Shown: positions 27,901 to 39,900 of the stretch, one piece after another
Layout of the letters: each line of letters starts with the position of its first letter
Numbering within the stretch: position 1 is the stretch's first letter
NCBI GenBank assembly: GCA_036785375.1
Contig: JAWMAR010002012.1
Coordinates: forward strand, 62,001 to 126,000
Direction: 5' to 3'
DNA from: Leucoraja ocellata
Lineage: Eukaryota
DNA length: 64,000 nucleotides
Program-made: the position numbers and the translations under genes
Notes under the pieces: generated by a model
What the model was told of the DNA's origin: nothing
The model's database searches: none
The model's input: only the letters and a program-made list of their open reading frames with translations

Positions 27901-30900
27901 CAGGGCGATAGGGGATCTGTATGTGTTGCTGAGGGGCTGCAGCAGGGAGCAATTATTTAGATTTATAGACCACTGGGATCTCTTCTGGGTTGGAGCGTAT
28001 TCCCCATTATGTGTCCTTCTGAAGTTGATAATCAGCTCCTTGGTCTTAGAGGTGTTTAAGGAGAGGTTGTTATTTGAGCACCAGTCCGCCAGGTTCTGCA
28101 CCTCCGCTCTGTAGTTTGTTTCATCACTGTTGGTGATCAGCCCGATCACCGTTGTGTCGTCTACAAACTTGACAATGGTGTTGGTGTCGAATGCAGGAAC
28201 ACAGTCGTGTGCGAAGAGGGAGTAGAGCAATGGGCTCAATACACAGCCCTGTGGTGTGCCGGTGCTCAGGGTGGTAGTGGAGGACAGGCGCGGGGCCAGT
28301 CTCACTGCCTGCGGTCGCTCCGTCAGGAAATTCAGGAGCCAGTCGCATATCGACGAGCTGAGGCACGGACGCCACTCGGAGAATAGTCGCATCCTCGCCA
28401 CAGAATCTCCTGTCCGCTCCTCGGACAATGGAGTCACCCACTCACTAGGGCTCTGTCCGACGTCGGTCTCGCCTGTCGCGTCCCATCTCTAGGACTGGAG
28501 CCACCGACATGCCCGCCACTCGGACTGAAAACATCGTCTCCCCGGACAGTTCCCAAGAGGGCGTACCTGTTTTCATTAGCCACAGCCACAGCCACCTGGG
28601 CCTTCTGCACTCCACGATTTCCACCCGTGTCTACCTCACTGTAGGCACCTGAGGATTAAGCACCCTCTGACATTTTAATTCCATCATCAAATATGACTAC
28701 GGTTCCATCCCTCGCACTCACTTTGGGTAATCGGAATACATGGCTGGGATAGTTCTTCTTGAAAATAGGCTGCAACTGAAGAGCGCAGCTCCAGCGGCGA
28801 GGACTACACAGCGCTGGTACTGGATGACCGCGGGTTTACTCCGGGATTGTGTGTAGTCGGTAGACTGGCGGTGTGGAAGGATTCGGCACCAAACCTGACC
28901 GAATACCTCGGTGGTTACCGACTTCATAATAAAATATATTGGCAAGTGCGCTCCCACCAATCCATTCAAGTGTTCTTCAAACGTCTTGGATGAACCAGGT
29001 CCGCAATCCACTGAGAACCAAACCTCAGTAGTTCATGTCTGGCGATGGAGATTCATATCAGAGGTTCAGGAAACACTTCGATAAGGCCATCTGAAACGAC
29101 GAGACGCTTTCATTGTAAATTGGAGGATGCGACGGACGATTGGCATCTACGAGAGTACTTGGACACTATCACAACCTACAAGGCGAAACCAAGTGCCAAC
29201 TTATGTGACAGTGTGGCCACATTCCCAGATGAGCTCAAGGGTATTATGTACACTTGGAAAACTAGAATGCGGATTTTTAGGATTTCTTGAATTCTAGGGC
29301 CAGTGTAGCCCCGGGTGGCATTGAAATCTCAGTCACCGAGGCCGATGTCAGAAGATCCTTCATGATGTTGCACCCTAGGGAAGCGCCTGGGCCTGATTGT
29401 GTGATTGGTCGCCTTCTCAAAACCCGTGTGGATGTTTTAATGGTAAATTTAAAGGGCCACAGTCATTTTCTTGTAAAATTGAGTATCGTATAGATAATAT
29501 GTCCGTTCAGCACGAGGCAAAATAAAATCGTGCTCAGCAAAGAAGACGGCGTGGAGCAAAAGAGCACATGTTAATGTAACTGACATCCAGCGTGTGCACG
29601 ATTCTCGATACACATGCGAAGTGCGAACCTTATAGTTCTCTGCCATTTCAGCAGCTCGTTCTCAACACGTTGCACGGTCACGTTTCTCCATCAATTCAGT
29701 AAGGTTAGGAACTGCGCTGGACAAAGTGCAGAAGGGGGAAGATACTGAAATACGCAAATTGTCTCTGGAGAATATCGCTCCACCCATTCCATAATAATTA
29801 ACTTGAATGACCGAATGGAGCTGAAACGATCAATTTTGCAGAACGAAAAGGAGAATAAGGAGTAAGCCTTAAGAATAAGGAGTAAGCCATTTAGAACGGA
29901 GCCGAGGAAACATGTTTTCTCACAGAGAGTGGTGAGTGTGGAATTCTCTGCCTCAGAGGGCGGTGGGGGTGTGTTCTGTGGATGCTTTCAAGAGAGAGCT
30001 AGACATTGCTCTTAAAATAGCGGTCAGGGGATATGGGGAGAAGGCAGGAACGAGGTACTGATTGGGAATGATCTGCCATGATCACATTGAATGGCGGTGC
30101 TGGCTCGAAGGGCCGAATGGCATACTCCTGCACCTATTGTCTATTGTCTATTGAAGAGTAATACTTGTTTTTACATATCCGACAACCACGGATAAGTGAA
30201 CTTCAGTTTTATATTTACCTCATTGATTGAAAGTTTTAACATTTCTTTCAACTGACCTGTTTCTTGCTGCTTTCTTTTTAACGTTGAGATTTCTAAATTG
30301 TAAAGAAGCGTGGATGAGGATAAGATGACGACTTGGGCCTTAGATTAATTTATTGTCTAATTAAAAATAAAATGTAGTTCAATTTCAATTACCCGTATAT
30401 ATTCTAATGCTCAATTTATTATTCATTCTTATGAACGCCAGCGAGTACAGGCCAAGCGCATATAAACGCTCATCACAGGTTAACCTACTCATTCATGGGA
30501 TCATTCTTGTAAACATCCTCTGGACCCTCTCCAGAGCCAGCACATCCTTCCTCAAATATGGTGCCCAAATTTTGTGCAAACGTGCTTCAAAAGAGACAGA
30601 TGTGAGCGTAAAAGTTGAAGGTATGTTGCATCATTGGATGTGACACCAGTTGTCAGGCGGGACATTACGAACTGTTCGGCTCGTGACACTATGCGATGGA
30701 TCTGAGGAACAAGAAAGGGAAGATCACCTTTTTCGGGGTGTACTTCAGGGCATCAAATAGTCATTGGAAGTTAAAAGAGCAGATGTCTAATAAGGTTGTC
30801 ATAACAGGGGATTTTTAGTTTAGCAATATTGACTGGGAATGTCATAGCGCGAAGAATGAAAATCTATACCTATGTCGAATATTGCTACATAACTGCAAAG

Positions 30901-33900
30901 GGTGACAAAGGACGGAAACATAATCTTATTTTAACAAGCCAAATTCATAGATGAAAGTAAAACGCCTTATTGTACTTTTGGTATACATATGGAGAAGAAT
31001 TCATTGTACATTTTGCTTTATAATTCTGCACATGTCACACGTTGTGAAGGTCACAAAAAGGTGAGCGTAGTAAGTTCTGTGTTTACTGTTACTATAGATT
31101 TCCGGAATAATGTTCTTCTTCCTCCTCCTCGAACTGTCAGAGAAATACCTGTTGCCCGTGTCGTGAAATACATCGCTGAAGTAATTTACCTCCTTTGCCC
31201 AGACGCATTTTTTCCTCTGTCAATACACAAAGTCATTAGGTATCAGGTGAAATACAACAGATTCCCCTGCAGAATATTAAGTACATTTGGGAGAATTTTA
31301 CTCAATAGTTTTCAATGTATTGTTTAAAAGAATATAAAAGTTGCTTGGCAATTCGTGTCAGAGCGTGTCATGCTGCGTGTTCGCACTGAGCGTGGGCAGT
31401 CAGTCACGCCGCATGTTGAAAATTAGTGAGCAATATGTGCTTATACACTTGTGTCAATTATTTTACCCTGTGACCTGCTTCAATGCTGCACTTCCTCTAC
31501 ACTAATGGAGTGTCAACGGTAATTTAATTATATTTGTTTATTTATTTATGTTTAAATATTGTTCCATTACATTGTCGTGAGATTTGCAAGAGATCCATTA
31601 ATTTAATAACAGAACATCGCTTCACCTGCCTTCAAATCACACTTCCAAACCAGGTCTATTTTGCAACTCCAGGTGTTTCAAAATAATATTATTTTTTCTA
31701 TATTCCCAGGATCTAACTTTGAACAGATATCCGCGTTTATAGTTTACCCATATGGTCACCCAACGTTTAATCTCCCACGGCCATCATAACTCAACAAACC
31801 TCCCTGCAGCTTATTTTATTCATGTCGGAAGTCCTATGAGCAGAATCTGGCCATTCATCCCATCGAGTCTACTCGGCCATTAAATCATGGCTGATCTATC
31901 TTTTCCTCTCAACCCCATTCTCCTGTCTCCACAGACATGGTGAAACTTCAGTGTGCTCTCTCGACAGCAAGCCAATCAAGTTGCCGGCAAAATGTCCAAA
32001 ATCGCAAAACGGAAATCTTCACTTATGGTCTCGGCTAAGCCCAAGGTAATATTATATTGTTACATATGTTCATATGCAACAAGTTCCCCAGTACCTAGAA
32101 ATGAAGCGCCCTGCATCATAGTTATTCCACCATTAAAGATACCTAACGTTCCATCTCTCGCACTCACTTTGGGAAGTCTGAACACCTGTCTCTGCTGCTT
32201 CCTGGTGAATACAGGGGCAGCGATTGAAGAGGCGCAGCTTCAGCTGCGAGGACTGCCCAGAGCCGGTCGTAGACGGAAGAATTGCTTCGGGTTTATTTCG
32301 ATTCGGTAGACTGGCGAAATGCAAAGACTCCGGAACGGACCTGACCGAATGCGTCACGGTTGTTACCGACTTCATAAGGAAGTGCGTGGAGAAGATTGCA
32401 CGAGGAAGTGTGTGGGGGGGGTGGTCTCCTAACCCACCCGAGTGTTACCCAACCGCAAACCTTGAATGGACCAGTTCCGCAATCGTCTAAGGACTAGATC
32501 TTTGGAATTCAATTCTGGCGATGCAGATTCACGTAGGACTTCCAGTTACCACCTTGACAAGGCCATTAAAAAGATTCATAGATATTTTCACTCTACATTG
32601 AAGGATGGGACGAACGTTTGGCAATCACGGGACATGCACATCATCAGCTCTTACAAAGCGAAACTAAATGCTATCTTACATGACACTGGAGCATCATTCT
32701 CAGATGAGCTCAATGAACGCACATTGAAAAGAAGCACACTGATGTCCTGCTCTGGTCCCCATAGTTCTCGATCACATTGTAATCTCAGTCACCGAGGCCG
32801 ATGTCAGAAGATGTTTCATGAAATTGCACCGCGGGACCTGACGGTGTGCCTGGTCGCCTTCGCAAAACCTGTGCGGGCTAACTGACTGGAGTATTTTGCG
32901 CACGCTTTCAGAATCTCCCACAATAATTCACTTGAATGACGGAGTTGAAACGCTTACTTTTGCAGAGCTTACGTAATGTTTGTTTTTACTTATCTAACAA
33001 ACCATGGAGGTGAACTTCTGTTGTGTTTATATTGACGAGTTTGTATATTGTGTATATATACATTGATGATTGAAAATATTAGCATTTCTTTCTCCTGACC
33101 TGTTTCTTGCAGCTTTCTTTTCAACGCTGTGATTTCTAAATTGGAAAGAATCGTGGATTAAGAATGAATTGGGAACATAAGATGACCACTCAGGCCTTAG
33201 TTTGATGTCTTGTCTAATTCAACAGTGACATGTGGTTTTATTTCAATTACCGGTATATATTCCAAACACAACAAATGCGCCTCGTTTCATTTTGGGGATA
33301 TCCAATAAAACTCGTCATCCAGAAGTATGTAAGCTGCATTTTTTCTGTAGTTTGGTAGTATCTATGTGTTCCTCACGCTGTCGCATCTAGACCTCTTCCC
33401 GGCATTTTGTGGCCTTTCCTAACTCTATCTAAGTTAACGCAACCGTGAGCTAAATCCATTTAATCGGTATCTTAACATTGAAATATTGTCACTGACAACT
33501 CCGTTTTCACTTAATTATATCCCCTGCAAGACCTCCTCCAATTAATCCAACTCCATTCGCAGGACGGAGCCAGCCTTCCTGATGAGCCTGTTGATTATGT
33601 TACCGTCCGCGGCCTTCGCCCTGTCACACTAGCACATGACAACTTAGAAGATTGCACTGGCCACCACCGATTGATAGAACATCTGCAGCATCTCACTGCT
33701 GACTTTAAAAGAACGGGGCCTCCTTAGAAGGTACAGACGGTTCTGTCCCTTCTTCTGCACTGCCGCAGTGCCTAAGCATTACTGGACCAGTCTAGTTTAC
33801 TGTCCAGCTAAATTTCAAGGTACTGCACTGCATGGTAAACTGTACATCCACACCCTTGATGGAAACAGAGGCAGGGGTGTTCCTCTACTCCTAAAGTCCA

Positions 33901-36900
33901 GCACTAACTCCTTAGTATTGTCGATGTTGCAATGGACATGATTTAGCCCACACCATTCACCAAAGTAGTTGACTACACCTCTGTATTCAGCTTCCCTCTC
34001 CTCACTGATTCAGCCCACAATTGCACAGTCATTCGAAAACGTCTGCAGTTGGCAGGAGTCCGAGTTGTATTTGAAGTCCGAGGTGTAGATGGTGAACAGA
34101 AAGGGAGAGAAGACCGTCCCCATTGGGGTCCCTGTGTTGCTCGCTACCATGACACAATTCTGCAGTCTGTCATACTTTGAGGTCGGCCAGTCAGATAGCT
34201 GGTGATCCAGGATACCAATGGAACACCCACCCGCATCTTCGCCACTTCTCAACATCAGTCTCTACCAGAGACTGCAAGCTCCTCGATGTTGAAATCCACA
34301 GGCCGCGTTTGGAGTGTCAATCCCAGGCAAGGCATCACAGGCTCCGATGGTAAGTGCATGGGCCCGCGGTGGAGCTCAAAGTCAGTCTCGAGCTAGGCCG
34401 CCTGCTCCATTATGTTAGGCCGCAGAGCGATCTAACATCGATACGGAAAACAATCGCATCTCTGGCAAGGTAAGAGATTGAAAAAGGTTTTCCCCGACCC
34501 CCACCCCCCTCATAAAAGAAACTAGTGAACATTATCACATATTGTTAAAACAGACTAAAACTAACAAAAACTACGAAAATACCGACAGACTGCCATCGCC
34601 GACGGCGCCACCACGAGAATACCATACCTGCATCCTTTTCACGTAATTCTTCATCTGCAAAGTGAATTCAAGCGATAACTTAAGAAATACGATTTCGAAT
34701 ATTACTCTGGATTAATACGAGGAATACTTGTCTACAACAGGAAAGGCCTCGAAACCCCTAAATTAAACTGAAACTACCAGATGTCGGTATGGTTTATGAT
34801 TCTCAGTGCTATTCTAAAATAAATTACACATTGTGGAAACATTTGCCTTTCGCATGATCCCACTGCAGGCGAAAGCACGCGAGGAATGGTAGAAATAGGC
34901 CTGCAAACCTTCTATTAAGTGTCATCTGCTATTAATATTTTGGCATCATCATTTCCCAACACTTTCACATAACACATGCTGTTCAAAAAATATAGATCAA
35001 TGTTTTGTTCAGATGCACGAATTGAAATTCCCTAACACTCAAGAAGAAAGAATTTCGCAGACTGAGTGAATACATGTCATCTTATTTCAGACCTAAACAG
35101 AGATTCCACTATTCTTAAAATGTGGTCCATGGGGTTTAGACACATAAATCAGAGAAAGAAGTGTATCTGGATTAAGCATGCCAAGCCCTGAAATAACTTT
35201 GGTCTTGAAATGTTGTCTAGCTCTCCTAAATCCAGGAAATAATGTTTGTGTCAAGTTAATATCTCCTCATTCGGCAAACCCATTATCCCTGAAACCAAAT
35301 GAGTGAATGGTTTTTGAACTCCCGCCACGGCTATATGTCTCATTATGTAAAGTTCCATAACGATCCAGTTATGGTCTCATCAAAATCACATACACCACAG
35401 TGTCACTTCCTTGGTCTTGTATTCAAATCCTCTCAAAATACATGCTAAAATGCCCTTGATTTTTACCTGGCATTTGCACGTATGTGATGGTCTTCGCTGA
35501 CAAGAGTACGCGTACGCATAGAAGCGCACCTTTGAACGTTACCTGACGCCTCTGCTTTTAACATTTGCTTCATTTTGTGACAATCAAAAGTGAACATTTA
35601 CAATTGGAGCAGACGTATCTTCAATGGGACGAGAGACAAGCTGGAGGGATCTTGCCCGACTAATCTGTTGGATATTTTCGAGGAAGTAAATAGCAGCATA
35701 CACAAAGGGTTATCAGCGGATGTTATTTATTTTGATTTTCAGTCCTTTTATAAACGACCGCACGTGAGGCCATAGAGCAGGATGAGAACCTATGGTATTT
35801 TGGAGTAATAGCATGGAGATAAGATTGACAACATGGCAGACGGCAAAGAGTGTGAATAAAGGGAGCTTATTCGATTGGGTGCCTATGACTACTGGTGTTC
35901 TGTAAGGGTTGATGTTCGGTCCGCTACATTTCACGATGTTTATCAATGATTTAGGTGATGGAGTTGATGGCACGAGGATGGGTTGAGGGGCAGGTAATGC
36001 AGATGAAGCAGTGAGTCTGCAGAATGACTTGGGCATTTTGCGAGAGTGGGCAATGCAATGCAATGCAATTAAATACAGCGTGGAAAAGTGTGCAGTTATG
36101 GACAGGTAGTAGGAATGGCGTAGTCTATATTCTAAATGTGAAAAGGATTCGGAAATCGGAGCTGCAAAGACACTTGGAAGTGCTGGTGCAGGAGTCGCAA
36201 AATATTAATTTGCAGGTTAAATCGGTAGTAAGGAAGGCAAACGCGAAGGTGGCATTCAATTCGAGAGGCTAAAATATAAAATCAGGGATGCTGGCACTGG
36301 CTAGACGGCATTTGAAGCATTGTGAGCAGTTTTGGGGCCCAAATCTGGGCAGGACACGCTGGTGTTGGAGAGGGTCCCGAAGACGTTTACGAGAAAGATT
36401 CCGTATGATTGTGTTAACGCATGGTGAGCGTTTGACGGCTCTGGGCCTGTACTCTCTGCTGTTTAGAAAGATGAGGGTGTCCCAGAGAAATGTTTGGTAT
36501 TATGAAAGGCGTGGACAGATTGGATATGGAGAAGATGTTTCCATTAGAAACAATTGATAGAGGAACGGTAAGAATAACTTCAAAAGGACAGTTGGCTTTA
36601 GGTCTCCGGATAAAGGTTCACTCATTTTGGCTTTAATCGAAGATAAGTTTTCATCTGCAAAACGTTCGCTCATTTTGAACATTAGTGAAGAGTTGGTTCT
36701 TCCTACAATCTTTGATTGAGAAGGCGGAGATGCACTGTACCATTCTGATTCCCTGATTCTTCGAGTGAACAACGGACCATTGGCAATGGCAGGACAGACA
36801 TATCTACCGCCGCGCTGAATGGCAACAATGTCGAGTGCCCATCCGGGTTCCCTCAACCTCCATTTTATTCGCTATTATTTTATAGACCGTGTTGTATAGA

Positions 36901-39900
36901 CCATTTCTACCAACACTAGTGGTGGTATATTAGCTGAAATGCTTTAATATCAATAAAATCATATCACGTTTCAATCAAGATTTCCGAATTTTTGCTTGTG
37001 AATTATGCGTATACTTTCTGTGATCGCGTGGGTTACCTCTAATATTCTTGATTCCGCCCATATCCCAAAGACATACAGGTTGCTATGCAAGTGGGCTACT
37101 GCAAATTTGCACAATGGGATAGATGGTTATTTAAGGTGGCGGGGGTGTACTTGATGGCACGCGTGAGAGGATATGTTGCAGTGGAATAATATGTGGAAAG
37201 GGCACTTAAGGGGTATTTTTCTGAGAGGCTGCAAAGATTAATTTCGTCGATGGGCCTCCATTTGTGGAGAAAATATATTCTCTTGGAAGAAATCTGCTAA
37301 CTCATGCGATAGCATTTGGATTTGACCATGAAGAACATGGAAACAACAATTGATCACTCTTTTGTTTCGATCATCCTGAAAGGGATTGTTTGATAAGAGG
37401 CCGCATGACTGCAGCATGTTCACGGTAGTCAGGTATGTACGTCCCGCATGCGCGTTTCATTAAAAAAGCACCTAGAAGCGTCTACGGGTTGGAAACACGC
37501 AGTCTGTTGCCTTATCAAACTTAAAGGAACTAGGGGTTCGTTACTTTTCCACAAATATGTACTTACCGTCCACATAGCTCCTCTTATTAATATCTAAGGG
37601 AACAGAACATTTAAATGAACAAAAAAAAATACCAAAAGGGAAACAGATCCGTCAAGTCGTTGCTGTATTATATCCGCCTACTCTGTTTCCCCCATCCTAA
37701 AGGCCAAGAGATTTATTCGGCAGTTTGCGTTGTTCCTCATTTCAACCAAAAGCAGAAAGTTCAATTAAGATTCGGCGGTGTGCAAGGGAATCAACTATGG
37801 GAATAGAGCTGATACAATGCTGAACTAATCTAGATATCACAGACAGAATGCTCTTATTTTCTGTTATAAATGATATGAGATACGTGTTTTTCTTTCTTCT
37901 GTTATCCTGATAGTTAATTTAGTTGTTTTTACTCTCTCCATTTTCCTGTAGTTATGAAAGCAGTATTTGTAATTCCTGACAATTCACAATACTGCATTTC
38001 AGAAAAACCGACTGCATTGGTTTCGTTCTTATACAAGAAACGATGGATTTGCACCCCAAAATCGAATAAAAATATATCCATTCCCATTTTTTGGGGTAAA
38101 ATCCCATGTTAATTTTTTTAAACAAATTTAGCAGGGAACACACCGGTTAAAATTAACGCAGATGAGTAATAAATGGTTCATTCTTTGCGGAGTCGGAAGA
38201 TATGGGAAGGCAGGATCGGGGTACTGATTGGGGATGATCAGCCATGATCACATTGAATGGCTGTGCTGGCTCGAAGGGCCGAATGGCCCACTCCTGCACC
38301 TATTGTCTGTATGGGAAAGGAATTCCCCATGTATCATTGCCCAGCCTAACAGCAGTTTAAGTGTGCTATGGTGAGGGGGGAGTTGCAATTTTCATGGAGC
38401 ACGGTTACATCAGACAGTAATCTGGTGCATGTGTAACTAGAGGGGGGGAAGTAGAACTCAACGCAGCCAGTAGAAGGAGCACAAGCAGCACTGAGGCGAA
38501 GTCATTGTTGATAGGATAAAGCAAGGGAAAGGAGACTTCAGGCTCAGCACAGGGAAACCAGTGCGAAGTACAGCAGGTCCAACAGAAAGGAGGACGTTGG
38601 TTATAGAGCGGGTACGTCGTCAGGAGGAAGCAATGGCATGTTTAAAGGAAGTAGCTCATGTTAAGCAGGGACAGTGGATGAATTGGGCAAGTGTAAACAA
38701 GAGGAGTTTTAACAGGATGGACCTGCGGTCCATGGATGCGGGTCATGCAAGTTTCCTTATGAGGGCTATTTATGATGTGCTGGCATCACCGTAGAACCTC
38801 AAACAATGGTTAGATGCGTCCCTTGTGTTCAGAAGTGTCAACGTTGAAGCATATTTTGTCAGGATGTATAACTAGTCTTTCTCAGTGAAGAGAGGTACCC
38901 ACTTGATAACCCCAATGATATACTTGCATCAACAGGATTAGTTTTGTTTAAGAGCTAGTTGATGTGTAGGTAGCTGTTTTTGCATACTGTGTTATTTATT
39001 GTAAGTTGATATATTTAGTTGAATAGTTAGATAATACTTTGGCCTTGATTTTTCTTAGTTGAGCATTTATCTTGGAATTATAGCACAAGTACTTTGTGTT
39101 TTAATTGTAATTTAGACTTTGCAGCTAAATATCATCTTCAGATGTATATTTTGCGAGTTCTAAAAATAGATTTTCCATCAGTTACAACTACATCATAATC
39201 ACCACATACGTTTCACTAATACGACGAAAGAACCATAGCATCGAGGACGTTTCTTCTTCAAATAGTACAAGTTCATCTCTCATGAATATCTGATATGGTT
39301 GATTTAGTTGACAGTAGGCATGTCTCTGCTTTCCTACTATTCCAAACAAATTCCCTGGGGAAGCATTGGCCTATGTTTATACTCATTTCTTGGAATGATA
39401 TGCGTCAAATCCATATTAACTTTAATCTTTAATTAATAATGGACGTATCAGCTAATTGGTATTATATCAAATGGCAAGCAATGTTAGAATCTTAGAAAAT
39501 GGAATCAAGGGATTTTTTTGTCTATTTTCATGATTCGTGTTATTCAAAAAGTAAGAACATACCACCCGTTCGTGCCTTACCTGAAAGCAGCAACGCTTTC
39601 TTCAGTTTGACTAGTTCTAAACAAACATAAAACCCGTATTTTTTTAATGTCATTAGAAGTTCAATAATTTTCTCTTAAATTGTCATCAGATGCTTTTCAT
39701 TTCATCATATGTTTCATCTTATGGACATTAAGTATAACATATATTTACGCTTAAACATTGGTAGTAACGGCATGGAGCATTATTTCACCAAACATTCATA
39801 CATTGTGCACCCACCTGTTCATGTAAGTAAGTTGCCATTTCCATGAAGCATCTTCCCCAACCCCCGCCAAGTTTGGGCGCTTTATAGAAGCATTGTGCTC

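Larger units (their letters stand above)
3830..33480 (-). repeat. Tandem segmental array: ~10 diverged copies plus one exon-less remnant of a ~3.5-kb cassette carrying a 27-nt and a 36-nt exon
   Basis: Recurrent intronic blocks (ttcaattacccgtatatattcc, ttattctggggatatctaataaaac, gaaagacggaatccataatct, gcacctgaggattaagcac). 27-nt exons start at 3945, 7466, 9903, 12815, 16546, 20035, 22497, 25976, 27535, 31190. Confidence 0.95.

Noticed and set aside
3826-33480. Repeated 60-170 aa ORFs in the array read as a degraded viral or transposon gene
   Set aside because: Frames and stops are not conserved between copies. Only the 27/36-nt exon cores are conserved, so the rest is intron.
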